Assembly: GCA_907165135.1 (NCBI GenBank) | Contig: OU015568.1 | Location: 9,672,001-9,736,000 of the forward strand | Origin: Oikopleura dioica | Lineage: Eukaryota > Animalia > Chordata | Length of the DNA stretch: 64,000 nucleotides | Direction of reading: 5' to 3' | Shown here: piece by piece, positions 1 to 11,499 of the stretch | Position numbering within the stretch: position 1 is the stretch's first letter | Layout: every line of letters starts with the position of its first letter | Made by a program: the position numbers and the translations under genes | Notes under the pieces: generated by a model | Databases searched by the model: none | Told to the model about the DNA's origin: nothing | The model's input: the letters and a program-made list of their open reading frames with translations, nothing else

Positions 1-279
1 TTTCAGATAAGCGTCGATGGGGATTGCACCAAGCATCGGTACTCCACCACTACCTGGGGGCGAAAGAGGGCACTAACGCTCGCCAATCGCTGCTCGCGCG
101 TATTTTTTCGGGAAAATTGTTTTATCAGTCCTTTACGAGCTGGGACTTGATCAGATTAGAAAGGGTGCGAAAAGGGGGAGTTCAAGCGCTTTATTGGACT
201 CTTTTATCTGATTATTAGCTTCTTGAGAAGGTTGTTGTCAATAAGTTTCTAGGGCTAAACGTTTATTCACACGATCAAA

Positions 280-2410
280 TATTCAAATTAATTTCACAGC
301 TTGCAGATTGCTTTAACGGCATATAAGCAGGTGGCGGACCTCTTCTGAAAGGCGTCAATGGTGGGTTTTCCTTTTCTTTTCCCTATTTTGGTGATTTTTA
401 GGTTTTCTTAAAATAATTTTAAAATGCATTAAAACCATGGCTTTGATTCGCGAGGAGAGTTGTTTCCAGAAATATATTTGTAAACAAAGGTATAGTGCGA
501 ATTGATATATCTGATAAACCGCCTTGCAAACACCTGCTGACCTAAAGAATCGATTTTAGTAAAAAATTAAAGAATATTTTACCTCGAATGAGATCAATGA
601 TGCTCAACCCAAGAAACAGACTCAAAGCTCCTCCAATATCAGACAGTAAGCCAACTCGACTGTAGTCTTCTCTTTCTGTATAGATCGTTCCAGCGACTTC
701 GGACATTCTGATCTTTTCCAAGCTCAAAATTAGCAATTTATGAAATGCTAGAATGAGAAAATTGAGATCGTTGTCTTGACAGAAATCAGCTTTATATCTG
801 TAACTTCGATGTGTTCCACATTTTCTTTCGCGTCCGAATCGTCATCGCCGATGCCCATTTTGTTGTTGCGCAAGAACTCGATCTTCTTTTCGTCTAGTTT
901 ATTATACTAAAATGGCGATAGTGAAGCTGCTTTTATGCAACTTTATCAACATGAATATTATCTTGAGCAACAGTTTTGTGATGACATGAAGGAGGACAAT
1001 CATTCGCCTTGCTTTCTTGGTCCATCTAAAATTTCCGATTAGTCGTTGAACCTCCGCCAAATTGACCTTGATTGTGCTGACGCAGATTGCATGATCGGAA
1101 AAATCGCATTCTGGCAAGTTTGTGATGTTAAACAACTCATATCCGTCTGCATACGGGATTAATAGATTCAGATTGTAAATGACTTGATAATTGACTTATC
1201 CCTGAACTTGAGCGTAAGTTGGGTAGCAGCCGCAAACATCAAGAACTTGTTGTAGAAAGTTCTTGTAGCTGCATCGATCGAAAGTGTACTAAAAGAGATA
1301 TTTGATTTAAACTTTAAATTTTAAAGAAAAATACAGTTTCGTACATTTTCGCCTTTTTCGCATCTCGTAAACGGGTCCCCTAGAAGTTTCGTTTCAATTT
1401 GAATGATGTCTACAACTGGAGTCAAATCCTTGACGAGGGGGACCGAGTGCGACTCTTTGATGATCTTCTCCTCGGGATGAAGATAGTACATATTCAGAGC
1501 GTTGTTGAATCCGTTCCAGCCAAAAGTACTGTCGCTTCTATTGTACCCGATTGTCAATTCAAGTCGTTTAATCAAGTCCGCCGGCTTCTGTTCTGGCGGA
1601 TCCTTTTTGTTTCCCGACAATCCGCCCATAAGAAGAGTCGATAAGATAGCAAGTTTCGATTGCCGCTCTTTTTGCGCTTTGATTTTCGCCAAGTTCAGTT
1701 CGATACAATAACCCATTAGAGTCCACTTTGGCGCCCAATAATCGAGACAGTCGATGTTTTGGAGCTTTATTGGGGCAAAATTAGAACGCTTGTGGCTTTC
1801 TCCATGATTTTTAGAAATATAAACCCCTTGCCTGACATTCGATAAGAAAATATTGAGGTCTCGTTTGGTAGAAAAACTCCATCATGCTCAAATCTTATTT
1901 TTGAGGAAAAATTAAACTAGCCATGCTGGTCTTATTACCGCTGAAATTTTCCCATTTTTTCTTCACTTTCTCAATCAGCGTATCTGGAATGGATATGTTG
2001 TAGGCTGCTTTTTGAAGAATGAGCTGAGAAAGTTGCGATTCTTCTTGAGTGAAAGTTCCGTAGTCGCCGTACAAGCTCATGATGTTGATTTTGTCGCCTC
2101 CTTTTAGCTGCTGCACACGTTTCTGAAAAATATTCATGCATAAAAGGGTCTGAAAGCAATAGTACCTTGGAATGCATTGAATCCGAGCAGAGGATGATTG
2201 TCGGAAAGACCGATTCTTCCGCGTCAGGACGCAGTTCGGTTTGAGAAATCGTCGAAGTTCTAAAGTTTTTTTTTTCTTGCTGAAATTTTAATTTTGCCGC
2301 GTTAAAATTTGGCTCACACCTACAGTAGATCCCGATCAAGTGCAAAAACAACGATTCTAGTGCATGCAAGCTCAACAAAAATGTTTTCAAAAAGACCTCA
2401 GTTTTCAAAT
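280..2410 (-). CDS. DEG/ENaC (ASIC-like) sodium channel subunit, multi-exon; 5' start not located
   Basis: Post-TM1 motif VFPTIILCSDSMHSK (about 2150-2215), Cys-rich ectodomain exons, TM2 LLSDIGGALSLFLGLSIIDLIR (ORF 542-736), and a C-terminal exon with PPPAY. Boundaries are approximate. Confidence 0.85.
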
Positions 2411-2416
2411 TCAAAA

Positions 2417-3034
2417 ATGAGCGAGAGAAGACTGGTAGATGAAATGCCTCCGATGTTTCCCGAAGAGGAAGAAATAGCGCGAAAACGAGCAAATGCGCAT
2501 TTGGCGGCCGGTGTTTCCTCCGGATTTACAGTTGTCAAAATTATTGATCATTTCCGACCGAGAAGTCTGAATACGTTTTCCGCGAGGATAAACTTTTTTT
2601 CGATGGGCTTGATTTTTGGAATGATGGTTTTCCCCTCCAGCGCGTGGTACAAAGATATCGTTAATCAACTACCAAATGGATATTTTCGCGAAGTTCATGT
2701 TAACGGATTGGCTTGGACGAAAGAAGAAAGGGTTAATTACTTCGAAGCTAATCCAAAAGGTGTTGTTTTGAATCAAAACGCCGACTAAAATAATATTAAT
2801 CTTGGTCTTTAGAAAAAGAACAAAGAGAAAAACTTATCGGAATCTATTCGCTTCCTTACATTCCTCCTCCAGGTCAAGGTTTTCTAGCGAATAATGTTAT
2901 ACTTTCAATCACTCGCAAATTCAAATCGAAAACCGTGCAAAGCGACATCGGGAAACTTCATCACTTACGCTGATTTACGTCGACTTACCGCTTCCGAAAT
3001 CGTATCAACGAATAAGCTATATTGTGGAGAGTGA
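2417..3034 (+). CDS. Uncharacterised small membrane protein, 3 predicted exons
   Basis: ORF MSERRLVDEMPP... joins via GT-AG introns (about 2761-2810 and 2871-2942) to EKEQREKLIGIYSLPYIPPP and ATSGNFITY...CGE*; two hydrophobic segments. Confidence 0.55.
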
Positions 3035-3507
3035 AGATCGCCCCAAAAATCGTAATGATGATTATCAGCCGATTGAAAATGCTCCCTCCCTTTATTATCT
3101 TTCTCAAAGTTCTCAAAGTGAATAAATACTCTCTTTTATTTTCGATGTTTTGAAACTAGTCCTTCCATATTCGCATCATGACGCATGAATAAAACGACGT
3201 CTAGTTCAACAATTTGAATGCATAAGTTTAAATATCAAACAGAATCGATCGTCAAGAAGCAGCAATGGTCAGGGCTAATGATCAGTGATTTTAGTCTTGC
3301 ATGACAGATGCATTTTAAATTGTTTAAAAGCCAAAATAGATTAATTTTATTAACCGTATGGAGTAATGAGTTGATGACTTAGTGCCAAACTTTAGTCTTA
3401 GTTTTATCATAATAAAAATGTCATTTCTAGGTCTTTCGTCATTGACTCTCGATTTAAAGAATCTTCTCAGATTTGTAAAAATGAAACCAGATCTTATACG
3501 ATAATTT

Positions 3508-5442
3508 ATGTGTCTCTTTATCAGATCACCTTATTTGAGAGCACTTTCATTGCTTCTTTTTCTTCGCCAGACTTTTTGCATAATCGAGATAGAATTGACA
3601 GAAGACAAAATATGGGAAAGAATAAAATACGACGAGAAAGTCGACGGAGTCTCATTTTACTGCAGCATTGAAAGGGCCGCATTATTCTTTGACAACGCTT
3701 ATGGAGATATCGATGGAGTTCTCAAGCTAGAGGCTGGAGACGAAGATGATTTCTGCGTTCTTTCCATGGAAAAAGCTGGAGAATTAGAATGTCTTGTTGA
3801 AAAGTTAGAAAGGTTTCGAAAAAACTACGATGAGCAAGGTGATATTTATGATTTTTTATGCGACTGGAATCCAATCGAAACTGTTTCACTGAATCCACTG
3901 ACTGTCATTAATGGTAGGTTGATGATCTTGAGATGGTATGACGATTTTATTAAAACCACTCTTCAGGACAGATAATACTTTCAAAAGATGAACTGATAGA
4001 AATGAGTCTGGAAGATGGCGTTATTGATGAAACAATCGAGCGATTTATTATCCACGATGCAATAATTTTCGAAGGATTCGATGAAGGCATCCTCGCCAAA
4101 GCTGGAATAAGCAAAGAAAATCCTCGATGTGGGCTAGAGTTTGTTAAATGTGACGAGGCGCTGGTTGCTCTGGTTAAAGAAACTTACAAAGATTTAGGAA
4201 AAGGTCGCAAAAAATGGGCTCAGTCTGCACTCTTTGATTGCATAACCTTAGAATAAAGGAAATTCAGGCATTTCTCAAGTTTTCACCGACGTAATAGATG
4301 GATTGAAGGACCAGGGAAGAGAGTTCCTAACAGATACTTCTGTTTCGAACTCGTTGAATAATGCGCTTTTGGAGCTGGAATTCTTGGACGCAGAATCGAT
4401 TGATTTTACTGACGAATCCGTTCAAAACGATATTGTTTCTGGTATTTGCGAACAACTCAAGAAACAGGGACAAGAAAATATCTTCACTACTGTCGTCCAA
4501 GGATGCAACAAAGTAACGCTTGATCTTTGTCTCGAGGAAGATGACCAGGTTTCAATCAGCATTCCGCTCAATTCGACGAACTTGGACAAAATCGAAGCTT
4601 CGGCAGATGCGATTGCTGCAAGAGAAAAGAAACTTGAATATGAAAAGAATATCCTGGTCCAAGTTATGAAAGAAACGAGAAGTCTAAAAGTCACATTGTC
4701 TGAAATCGAGAATTTATGGATGAAAACAACTTTAAAATTATTCTTCATTTACGTTAATGATAAGGTTAAAAAAGGCACTGTCATTGCTTTTCTATCAAAA
4801 GCTGATTGCCTCGCTGCCGGAGCGAAGGCGGATCAATCACTTGCTCAGCAGCAGGATTTAATCAACGTTAATTTTCCGATCTTGCACTCAAAGATTTTCT
4901 ACTACCCAAATGAACTTGAAGATATCAAAGAAGCAATTGGCCCTGAAAAAGCGGCACAAATAAAAGCTGATTCGAAAATCGTGGCAAAAGATATCATGGA
5001 AGCATTTACCGACGGAATAAGCGACGGATTCAATGGCTTCCGAATATTCAACATCGAACACGCTGGTTTTCGTCGAATCAGTCCTAATTATGGAGACATG
5101 GTTGATCTCGCAACTGAATATGGTACTGGGCAAATTTCAGACATTGTAATCACGCTTTATTCAAATACCGATACGACAAATTTCGCCGAAATGTTCAAGT
5201 TCGTCACAAATTCCATCGGACAGCAACTTGAGCAAATAATCAAGAGCAGAAACATTGAATACATTAAAAACGAAGATGAAATCGTTAAGCAGGTTTTACA
5301 AATTAATGAAATCAAAAACCAAAGGACATTTATTAAAAGCAAGGAGCGAAATTTTCAAGGTAAAAAAAACAAGGTTTATTTTTCACAGATTTACTGTTTC
5401 AGCGAAAGCCATTCAATTTACGGAGCCAAGAAACGCTTCTGA
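3508..5442 (+). CDS. Uncharacterised acidic protein, multi-exon
   Basis: ORFs 3508-3975, 4002-4256 and 4303-5442 lie in tandem with intron-sized gaps; no family recognised. Confidence 0.5.
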
Positions 5443-7142
5443 GTTTTTTTCCATAAAAATTGCGTTTATTTGTTTCATGGTATTTACTACTGTCATTTGT
5501 TGTACAACGATGTATGTGACGAAGACCGCGCAGCCGAAACACTGGGTCTTTCTAAAGAAGCGGTCAAAAATTTATATGCTACTTCATTTTTTTTACAATT
5601 TTATGAGCTCCTAAAAGACCTTTATCCTCTTCTCGCGAATGTACAGCAACTACAACAAAGTCGACAATGCGATAAACTATGCCACAAGCAAAGGACTCAT
5701 TCATGAGCCCGAGGAGATAGTTGTCGCGTACTTATTCGCCAATCCTTTTCTCGCGCTACTTTTGGTCTTCATCTGGTGGGCGGTCATTCTAGGTTTCGAA
5801 GCAAATGGAGCTCCGATCTTCGTGCTTTTTCCGCTGGCGATGTGCATTTATGTGATACAGTCGTTGGCGCTGGATATTCCATCGTTGTTCATTACTTATT
5901 TTTATATGACGAGATACAAGGCCGGAAGTATTGTAATTCGAGTTACAGGAATGGGTTGAGATAGAGTCTGTTGGGCTTCATAACAGGCGATTCTCGACCT
6001 CTTGAAAGTCATCATCGAAATAGTGCTGTCTGGCGTTGAAGCTATCTTCGTCCTCTTTTCTCATTTAAAGTCGTACCTCGCTCTAATAAAAACTATGGGC
6101 TCAGATAGGGTTGGCTCCGACCTCAGAAACTACAAGAAAAGAATTATCAGCCTGGCGACGATTGCAATTTCACCGTTTTTAATTTGCTTTCCGTCCATAA
6201 AATACTTGTCCTTATTTCAAAATTTGCTCGGCGCAGGAATGGGATCCTTTTTTATAGCAAAAAAAAATAATTTTTGAGTAGTTTGAAAAATTCCTAATAA
6301 GTAATCAACGAATTCGAACCAACAACGTACGATCCGAAAGCGTTCATTGTCGAGGAAGTTAAAGATGATGGATACGCTAAATTTAGCTTTCGCAACAACG
6401 AATACGGCCGGCTCAAAAACAAAACAGAGGGACTGGCGAATTTCTTTCGTTCCAACTTTGGCGACTTGTCTGACAACAGGCAACGCTCGAGTGATTGCGT
6501 CAAGACCATTGTCGACCCAATCTTTGACCCTCCAAAATTTCATTCTTTTCCGACTCCATTTGCAGCTGGTTGCATCAATCAAACTGAAAGAGCATTCATT
6601 GGATTTATTTTTGCAGCTCTCCTTGCGATTGTCAGCTTCTTCATCTTCCTTGTAAGTATTTCTATCAAACAGTTGCTTCACTTATCTTGTAGAGATTTAG
6701 CTGGCCGTATGTGCTCGACTGGATGGAAATTGAAAACTTTATCCCAATCATTTGCGGCGCAAGGGACGGCAATCGTAGGACTGTTGGCACCAATGTTAGA
6801 GAAGAAGACATCCAAGAACTCTACGAGAAAATCGACAGTTCAAGAAAGCTCTCTTGCTCGTGTCTTTATAGAATCATGAAGCCGACACGTGAATCAATGG
6901 AGAAAAATAGAAAAAAGATCAAGCAAAGATTTGAAGAAATCAACAAGGAAAAAAGGGAGGCAGAAACGTTTTGGTCGGATTTCAGACAGCTAGAGGAGAA
7001 ACCTACTTTGCTTGAAAAGCTCTCAAGATTCTTTAGATCTGCTCCAATTTCAGCGGAAAAAGCAAGTATTGTTAATTCGAAAGAAGTTGGAACAGATACT
7101 TATCCAGATCCGCCAATCTTCATCGCAAAAAGGAACGAGTAA
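5389..7142 (+). CDS. Uncharacterised multi-pass membrane protein; may be continuous with the upstream gene
   Basis: Several hydrophobic segments in ORFs 5255-5614, 5639-5959, 6002-6277 and 6466-6651; GT-AG intron 6652-6691 joins in frame to RFSWPYVLDWME (ORF 6711-7142). Confidence 0.5.
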
Positions 7143-7264
7143 AGAAAAACTAAGTATGCTATTTCTTTTATTTCAAGGGGAAAAATCGGTCTCAAGCTCG
7201 TAAAAGGCGTTTTGATGCTAAAAATCCAGTTCAAAAACCCATCTTCGGTCGGAATAAAAAGACT

Positions 7265-7594
7265 ATGAATAACTACAATGACATGAAGAATAAATCTGCT
7301 CAGGAACAGTTTGACTTCGTCCAAAGACTAAGCAAGGAAGAAAAGAGACGAATATACAGTCGAGCTGAAGTGTCAATAGAAAGACATATGCACCGTCAGA
7401 AAGTCTTTCGGCTCCAAGGGGATGAAGACTACAACCCAATTTTGGCTGAAATTCAACTCGAAGATGACCCAAAATTGAAAAAGGAAGAGGCTGGCAAGTT
7501 GGCACCCGTGATGGTTCGGACGAAACCGGTCCAACAGCAACACATAATCAGAGCGATGGTCATGGACATAACTGAATTTGAAGCTGAAAAATAG
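7265..7594 (+). CDS. Hypothetical 109-aa protein
   Basis: Single ATG-initiated ORF followed by an AT-rich region with AAATAAA. Confidence 0.45.
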   Translation: MNNYNDMKNKSAQEQFDFVQRLSKEEKRRIYSRAEVSIERHMHRQKVFRLQGDEDYNPILAEIQLEDDPKLKKEEAGKLAPVMVRTKPVQQQHIIRAMVMDITEFEAEK

Positions 7595-7654
7595 CTGAAC
7601 TCTTATTATTTTCATTTATTATTACTTCACTTAAATAAACAAGAAAATACTTTT

Positions 7655-9108
7655 TTAGTCACAGGCATATTCATAGGCCCACGAAAATCGTCCGTCTTTC
7701 AGTTTCTGACAGCACTCTTTATCAACTTCATTGCATATTTTCAGAAAAGTAATCATCTCCTTAATTCTGGGCGAAAACAACTCTCGCCAAAGAGCCGTTT
7801 CCTCTGGGTACTCTTCCCTGACGTTGATTTTTCGAGACGTTCCCTTTGCACCGTTGAGGCAGTACTTGATCGGGCTGGAGAGGCACGGAAATCCCTTTTC
7901 TTCATCTATGTAGAACTGCAAAGAATCTTTTTCCAATCCGATGAATTCGAGGAGACGACCCCATTCTTCGTTGGGATTGGAGATTAAGCTCTCGCCATCA
8001 AGGAGGAGAACATTTTCTTCACTAAAATACCATTGCAGTTGGCAAAACACGCGTTAAATTACCCGAATTGCTCAATAAAAGGTGTAATTGCATGCACATA
8101 TTCGTCAAAACCGATACTTACTGTCTTCCCATCAACTTGATTCTCAAGTTTTGATTTCACCTCATCCGTAAAAACCTTGATCTCCTCGTCTAAACCGCCT
8201 TTCAAACAAGCTCTGCATCTTTTTAATTCCATTTCCGAGTCGCCGTTCTCTTTCTTGATTTCTGTCCGACGATCTTTCATTTTGAACTGAGAAAATACTC
8301 TCGGAATCGGGTCACAGGCGATGGCAATGATTTTTGTGTTGGGTGCGACGATTTTCATTGCTTCGGCAGTAAATGCGGCACTTTTGCCAGAATACTGTTT
8401 TTTGGATTCAAAACCGAAGAAATTTGCTTCAGAAAAATAGTCTATTGAATCCTTTCCTCGGGTGATTTTTCAATCAAAATCTCATCCCTCGCCACAGCCG
8501 GCAAAGAAGACTTGTACATCTTCAGTAAATGCTCATACTGCTCTGGCCTTCCTCTGATTATATCTTGGGAGATCATATTGTTGAAAAACTTCGGTTCAAG
8601 CGTTTTCATCGTTACACTGGGATGGCAGTCGAGAAATTGAAGAGTTCCAGTCCCACACTTTGCGAAGCCGACGCCGATTATGTCTGGTAAACGTCGCTCG
8701 AGAGGTTCCAGGCTCTGGAAGAATAAATAGAAATCTTCAAGGCCCTCGAATCGAGCTTACCTTTCTGATTTCCACGGGACAGGCATGCTCCATAACCGCC
8801 CCCTCATGATAAGCTTTGTCTTTCGACTCCTCCATCAAAATCGTTGTCGGTTTTAGATTTCTTCTTATTGCTGAAAAATCCTCTGCTGGCACATGCTTCA
8901 AAATATACTTTTCAAGCTCTTCAAATTCCTCTTTTTTGATGTGCGAATGAAGGAAGTATGCGTCCAAAATTGCATCGTTTTTTATTTCCGGGTTGAAATA
9001 ATTATACGCATTATGCGCGGAAATTGCAGCACAGAAAACAATCGCAGCAATGTTCAATTTTTTGTTTTCAAACGGTAAGTATTTCTTCCAATTGTTTTCA
9101 GTCGACAT
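7655..9108 (-). CDS. Heparan sulfate 3-O-sulfotransferase-like protein (Sulfotransfer_1), type II membrane
   Basis: N-terminal TM (LNIAAIVFCAAISA), 5'-PSB RLPDIIGVGFAKCGTGTL (about 8640-8695), 3'-PB IIAIACDPIPRVFSQF, C-terminal KGFPCL...CLNGAKG. Confidence 0.85.
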
Positions 9109-9339
9109 TTTCTCTTGTCAATTTAACGATGAACGTGGATGATAAGTGATGTTTTGAGTGAGGGGTACAAACCGCCCCGAGGATATTTCTAGTATTTTTT
9201 AAGCGATTTGAGGTCTTTTTTTCCGGCTAAATGATTGCAGCATCAACTAAAAAGGAAAAATATAGGCAACAGAAAAATCCTAAGGTCCACAAAGACCCTG
9301 AGTCTTCTTCTAAAAAAGCAATAAAATCGAGGCTTATCC

Positions 9340-11400
9340 GTATAAGCAATCTAGTAATGCGTTCTATAAAAACCAGTGCACTCGATTTGGTCATTAAAGA
9401 CTAAGCAATGCAGCGCAAGCATTAAATTTTCATCCACAACTGTCGAACTTTCTCAAGAAAACATTTTCTCGTCCTCAAACGTCGCGAGAAAAGAAACACA
9501 AGAGAGCAATGAAAAATGTTTTATTTACTTATCTCCTTCGATCAAGCTTAGCGATGGTGGAGAACTGTTTTACATGTAAGAATTGGGATGACTGCAATTT
9601 TATTGGTTTCGGCCATGTTGAAGGGAAGAGAGAGGTCAAACCGTATTTGAATCAGTCAGGAAGGGTTCGATTTGCAATCTTGATAAAACTAGCCAGTTTT
9701 CTTCCTTGATTTCAAACTTCGACCCTCGAAAGACGCTTTTTATATTACGTGTTCGCGGCTCATCCACGTCTCTGAAATTCCCGGTCCCTTCCGAATCAAG
9801 CGGCTCAGAATCAGTCAATCTTCTTTGTCAAACAACTTGGAAGGAATCGCCGATTTTACGAATTTAGAAGTACTCAACGCTTCGAACACTGGTTTGACCT
9901 CCATCGATAACGACCTCCAGTCTCTGAAAAATTTATGGATGCTGGACGTGTCCTGGAACATGTTATTGTTCCTTCCAGGGAATCTCAAGGAGCTTCGAGC
10001 GGTTATTTTGCTTCACGGGAATCCATTCCAGTGCTCTTGCGATTTGGCAGCGATTGTCTCTGAAATTCATTTTGTCGATGGCCCCACTGCAGCAACTTGC
10101 GATACTTTTGGAGATCTTGTTCCGCTGCGAAAATTGATCAGTTTGACGGAGGAAAATGTCCAATGCGCAACTGAAAGCGCCCAAGACATCCCAATGTACA
10201 TCATTTTCTTCAGCTGGGTCGTTGGACTCATGGTTACTTTGTACAGATACTCGAAAGCGGAATCGAACAGTAGTGAAGAGAACTACAACAAAATCGATCC
10301 AGTAGAACTTGAACGAATACGAAAAGAAGCGATTGAGATTCAGAATCGGATTAATCAAAATCGAGATTCGGAGATGCAAAAAATCAGGCACAGGCGATCG
10401 AAATGCCCGACTCATTCAAACTGCTCATCTTGTAAAGGTCTATTTAGTTTTATTCTTGCCATCAATGTTCTTGTATAATTTTTAGAGCTTAATACAAGCG
10501 GTGTCCAGCCAACGCGATGCACTCATACAGTCGAGTCACTGAGGAATAAGTTCAAAGAAAGCGGACGTCAAATGTGCAAACCAAGAGTTCGCGAATGTGA
10601 AGCCTTCGACGACATATCCATGAACGCCGCCACTAGTCGACATTTCAAAGTGAGAAACAAGAATTAAAACCGTTTGTTGGGATAAATATTTTAGTACAAC
10701 CTGGCAGATGCGATGGAAAGGCGCCTCGAGGAGAGCATGAATGATATAGGAACTGGTTTGTTTTCATTTTGAATTCATCCCACAAGATTTTGAACTGCCC
10801 GGAAAAGCTTCAAAGTACGACTCGTTTTCTGTATCGCATCATTCCAATCACTCATCTCGGTACAACTCCCGACGGGCTTCAATCCGACCATCTTCAGGAT
10901 ACGATTTTGCTCTCGAGCGAGCTCCAAACGAGTCAATTTACGACTCTGCTAATCCAGCGAAAAATCGCATCCATCGCCAACGAACACTTCCAGTTAAGGA
11001 TCATAAATATGATAGTTTCAATTGAAACTTATAAATATTCAAATATTTAAAATAAATGATCCATCGGAACAGCTCGTCGAGGCTGGCCGTACTCAAAGCA
11101 CTCTTCTCTCGGACAATCGTACGATTCTTCTTATGGCGTCCAAGCAGCAAGCAGTTATGATAACGTCATAGCAAATCTGCCTAAGAGTCCACATCCTCAG
11201 CTTCACAAGCAACGATCCCGCTCGCCAATGAGAATGGCATCACTAGATGTGTACTCTCCAAGGCCACCTTCATCTCGACGTGATTCTGACTGTATTTATG
11301 AAGGTTTGGGGTTCGCAATTAGATTGATAGCAAAAAGTATTGAAAAAATGGTGAACGCCAGATTACGACCCCGTCGAAGAATCAGTCGATGGCTTTTGAG
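9340..11400 (+). CDS. Leucine-rich repeat single-pass membrane protein with Ser/Pro-rich cytoplasmic tail
   Basis: LxxLxLSxNxL repeats (LEVLNASNTGL, LWMLDVSWNML), LRRCT GNPFQCSCDL, TM IPMYIIFFSWVVGLMVTLY. Start and end are approximate. Confidence 0.8.
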
Positions 11401-11499
11401 GACATTTAAGAACAGGCTTTTTATATATTTATTTTTTGTCCAATAAAAAACTGTTTTGGAAGCGTTTTTATTTGAAACTTGAAGGAAATTCAGGCTTGT

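Noticed and set aside
5612-5614. In-frame TAA between ORFs 5255-5614 and 5639-5959, suggesting readthrough or an alternative genetic code
   Set aside because: A 72-nt phase-0 GT-AG intron (about 5546-5617) removes it, and conserved genes in the window use TAA as a normal stop.
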